Positions 61,294 to 64,000 of a DNA stretch of 64,000 nucleotides are shown piece after piece (within the stretch, counting starts at the first letter, position 1; every line of letters begins with the position of its first letter). Made by a program: the position numbers and the translations under genes. The notes below the pieces were generated by a model, which was given only the letters and a program-made list of their open reading frames with translations, was not told the DNA's origin and searched no databases. The stretch spans positions 64,001-128,000 of the forward strand of contig JBHLNS010000001.1 in NCBI GenBank assembly GCA_048941285.1. Direction: 5' to 3'. Source of the DNA: Promethearchaeota archaeon (GTDB lineage Archaea > Asgardarchaeota > Lokiarchaeia > Sigyniarchaeales > SOKP01).

Positions 61294-61905
61294 TTAGAAT
61301 CTTAAATTATCAGTAACATTTCCATAATCACTACTGATTTTCCTGCTTTCCACATTACCACATCGGTCACACTTTAGCTTGTTGTGCCCTATTTTTTTAA
61401 GTGGATCACCACAAATCACACAATCCGCATAAATAACTCCTAGATTTTTACCAGTTGTACTTAATTTATATTCATTATAATCTTGTTCTATAACACGAGC
61501 ACGTATTATATCAGTTATCTGAAATGCATCGCTAATTTTCTCTACATACCTGTCTGAAATCTGTGAGACATGTATATTGCCAAAATAACTTGAATTAAAA
61601 TGTATTTTTTCATTGATCGTATAAAAATTAATACCAACTGAGTATTGTCTCAAAAAAAGAATTGAACCAATAACAATATCTCCAATTTTTACAACTTTTC
61701 GATCTTCTTCTTGGTGTGTACTTATTTCTATTTTTCTTTCTTTGTTATTGATATTTATCATGCCTGATTTACTAGCAAAAATTTTTCCGTCTTTAGTAAA
61801 TGTAGATTGCTTATCAGGTAGGAATTCTTCAACTACTCCAAGTTTTTCACCCGTTAAGACGATATCTCCATCCTTTAGAGATTTCTTACTCAATAATATC
61901 AACAA
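61294..61905 (-). CDS. csl4: Exosome complex component Csl4
   Basis: IVLTGEKLGVVEEF, S1 domain (IHVSQIS, DIIRARVI) and LGVIYADCVICG...CDRCGNVESRKIS. Confidence 0.92.
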   Translation of the reverse strand: MLILLSKKSLKDGDIVLTGEKLGVVEEFLPDKQSTFTKDGKIFASKSGMININNKERKIEISTHQEEDRKVVKIGDIVIGSILFLRQYSVGINFYTINEKIHFNSSYFGNIHVSQISDRYVEKISDAFQITDIIRARVIEQDYNEYKLSTTGKNLGVIYADCVICGDPLKKIGHNKLKCDRCGNVESRKISSDYGNVTDNLRF

Positions 61906-62007
61906 TAGTTTTTTAATTTCTCAAACTCTTTCTACTTTAAGTAAATATTATTAAATAATATAAATAAATTTAATGTATTAATTCTAAAAGAGTAAACATT
62001 TTTTTGG

Positions 62008-62655
62008 ATGAAACTTAGCAAAAAAGAGCTTATCTCTATCATACAGAACACTGAATCGTTCAGCAGTCCTAAAATTGAATTAGAGCAATATTGTATCGAC
62101 GCAATTTGCGCGGTAGATATCATTTACTATGCAGGTTTTGAATATGACGATATTAATAAAGCGTTTATAATTGATTTAGGTGCTGGAACTGGAAGATTAT
62201 CTATTGCAAGTGCATTTTTTAAAGCTAGTTATGTTTTAAGCATCGATATAGATATTCCTGCTTTAGAGATATTAAAAAAAAATATTTTATATCTTGATTT
62301 AAACCATATAATCTTTCCAATATGTGCTGATATTGAATATTTTGAAATTTCTAGAAAATTTTTACCCAAAAATATGAAAATAACTACAATTATGAATCCC
62401 CCTTTTGGAGTTCAAACAAGATTTGCAGATAGACCCTTTTTAGGTAGAGCATTTAATTTTTCAGATGTGGTGTATTCTATTCATCTTAAAAATCCAAAGG
62501 TCCACAAATTTATTTCAAAATATGTAGATAAATTTAATTGGAAAATTGATAACATACTTCCTTTTAATATGGTTCTGGAAAGGACGTTTGCATTTCACAC
62601 ACAAAAAACAAAAGATATCGATGTGCTTGTATACCGATTTATTAAAAAACAATAA
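62008..62655 (+). CDS. METTL5-like (rRNA N6-adenine) methyltransferase
   Basis: PKIELEQY, DLGAGTGRL, MNPPFG, VVYSIH and FH motifs. Confidence 0.88.
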   Translation: MKLSKKELISIIQNTESFSSPKIELEQYCIDAICAVDIIYYAGFEYDDINKAFIIDLGAGTGRLSIASAFFKASYVLSIDIDIPALEILKKNILYLDLNHIIFPICADIEYFEISRKFLPKNMKITTIMNPPFGVQTRFADRPFLGRAFNFSDVVYSIHLKNPKVHKFISKYVDKFNWKIDNILPFNMVLERTFAFHTQKTKDIDVLVYRFIKKQ

Positions 62656-62688
62656 AAAGTTAAAGTTAAGAATAAAAAATAGTATTTA

Positions 62689-63993
62689 TTAATGGAAACC
62701 TTTCCACGAGTCTAACTTACTGGGATATTTTGCATTTTCTCCTAAAATCTCTTCTATTCTGAGTAATTGATTAAACTTACTTGTTCGTTCTGATCTACTA
62801 GTAGCACCTGTCTTCAGTTGTCCAGTACAAAGTCCAACCGCTAAATCTGCAATAAAGGTATCTTCTGTTTCACCGGAGCGATGGGAAACCATTACATTAA
62901 ATCCATTATCAAAAGACATTTTTGCAGCCTTTATAGCTTCAGTTAAAGTACCAATTTGGTTTACTTTAAGTAATAATGCATTCCCTGCTTTCTCTTTTAT
63001 CGCTTTCTCTAAAATATTAATATTTGTAACAGTTAAATCATCATCAACAATTTGAAGAGATTTATCAATTTTAGCAGTCATATTTGAGAAATTTCTGAAA
63101 TCTTTTTCATTAAATGGGTCTTCAATAGATTTGAATGGATATTCATGGATTAAATCCATATAGTATTCCAATAATTCCTCTTCAGATAGCTTCCGACCAT
63201 CAATATTGTAGGAACCTTCTTCATAGAATTCACTAGCAGCAGCATCCATCCCTAGTACAAAATCAATTCCCATGAGAAATCCTGCTTTTTCAATCGCTTC
63301 AATTATTATTTCCACAGCCTCAGAAGTTAAATTTAAGTTTGGAGCAAATCCTCCTTCATCGCCAACATTTATAGAAGAAGGGCCATATTTCTTTACCAAC
63401 AACTTCTTTAATGTTTGATATACCTCCGCAACATTTTGAATAGCATGTGAAAAAGATGTAGCGCCTATGGGCAAAACCATAAATTCTTGAATTGACAAGT
63501 TATTGCCTGCGTGTTCACCTCCATTTATAATGTTACAACAAGGAACTGGAAGTAAATAGTCGCTTCTACTTTTATTATATGCTAAATTATAAAGATATTC
63601 AAATAAAGGAATTTCAGACAATTCAGAAGCTAATCTAGCTATCGCTAATGAAACTGATAATATTGCGTTAGCACCCAAATTGCTTTTATTTTCCGTCCCA
63701 TCTATTAAGATCATTTCTTCATCTATTTTTTCTTGTTCTCTAACATCAAAACCTATCAATTTTTTCCCTAGAATTTCATTTACGTTTTTAACAGCCTTTA
63801 GTACATGTTTCCCCAAAAATGGTTTTCCCCCATCTCGTAATTCCAGCGCCTCTAAAACTCCTGTCGATGCTCCTGAGGGGACAGCTGCTCTTGAAAAGCA
63901 TTTCCCAGCAAAAACATCAGATTCAATTGTTGGATTTCCTCGAGAATCTAAGATCCATCTAGATTTAATTTTACTAATTTTAAAATCTGTCAT
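62689..63993 (-). CDS. eno: Enolase
   Basis: DSRGNPT, VPSGASTG, GDEGGFAP, LLKVNQIG and SHRSGETED motifs. Confidence 0.98.
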   Translation of the reverse strand: MTDFKISKIKSRWILDSRGNPTIESDVFAGKCFSRAAVPSGASTGVLEALELRDGGKPFLGKHVLKAVKNVNEILGKKLIGFDVREQEKIDEEMILIDGTENKSNLGANAILSVSLAIARLASELSEIPLFEYLYNLAYNKSRSDYLLPVPCCNIINGGEHAGNNLSIQEFMVLPIGATSFSHAIQNVAEVYQTLKKLLVKKYGPSSINVGDEGGFAPNLNLTSEAVEIIIEAIEKAGFLMGIDFVLGMDAAASEFYEEGSYNIDGRKLSEEELLEYYMDLIHEYPFKSIEDPFNEKDFRNFSNMTAKIDKSLQIVDDDLTVTNINILEKAIKEKAGNALLLKVNQIGTLTEAIKAAKMSFDNGFNVMVSHRSGETEDTFIADLAVGLCTGQLKTGATSRSERTSKFNQLLRIEEILGENAKYPSKLDSWKGFH

Positions 63994-64000
63994 ACATATC

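Noticed and set aside
1073-62123. Short antisense or overlapping ORFs in the track (e.g. 1073-1309, 7129-7422, 11281-11559, 35217-35661, 36599-37087, 54403-54662, 57390-57747, 61742-62123)
   Set aside because: They overlap well-supported genes on the other strand or frame and have no recognisable motifs; typical shadow ORFs.
1-64000. tRNA, rRNA or other large structured RNA genes
   Set aside because: No GC-rich intergenic segments or T-loop/cloverleaf patterns seen by eye. Small ncRNAs cannot be excluded without tRNAscan-SE or Infernal.
1-64000. Alternative genetic code (general TGA reassignment)
   Set aside because: TGA ends several clear genes normally (rpl21e, rpo4, rpl30e, ilvC, priL), so the two in-frame TGAs are local events.

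Overview
A strongly AT-rich, gene-dense chromosomal window from an archaeon, most likely an Asgard archaeon of the Lokiarchaeia. The support is several eukaryotic-signature genes (Snf7/ESCRT-III, a candidate steadiness-box protein, a Roadblock/LC7 protein, three small GTPases), an IPGY-type C-terminal anchor, an HMf-like histone and a eukaryote-style SECIS. Most of the window is core information-processing genes: pus10-rpl21e-rpo4-DUF655-rsmA-hemK; rpo1N-rpo1C-rpl30e-nusA-rps12-rps7; rpl44e-rps27e; tfs, PCNA, priL-priS-GINS15, aIF2a-nop10, EF-1a, csl4-DUF2067-rpo11 and enolase. I saw no tRNA, rRNA, CRISPR array or intact mobile element. Main finding: the essential RNA polymerase A' gene (rpo1N) is interrupted inside its invariant GHFGH|IELARP motif by a 30-nt insert containing stop codons (34368-34397). 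The insert folds into a relaxed bulge-helix-bulge. Its canonical endonuclease cut sites are exactly the boundaries that restore the protein, so it is a candidate tRNA-type (EndA-spliced) mRNA intron. Other recoding signals: a UxxC peroxiredoxin-like selenoprotein with a 3' SECIS missed by the ORF track; an in-frame TGA in the neighbouring nitrilase; several genes that appear to need ATA/ATT starts (one inside a hairpin that sequesters the Shine-Dalgarno sequence); and a half-TBP gene whose homology continues in the -1 frame after a slippery A-run. All family calls come from motif recognition by eye; no database search was run.
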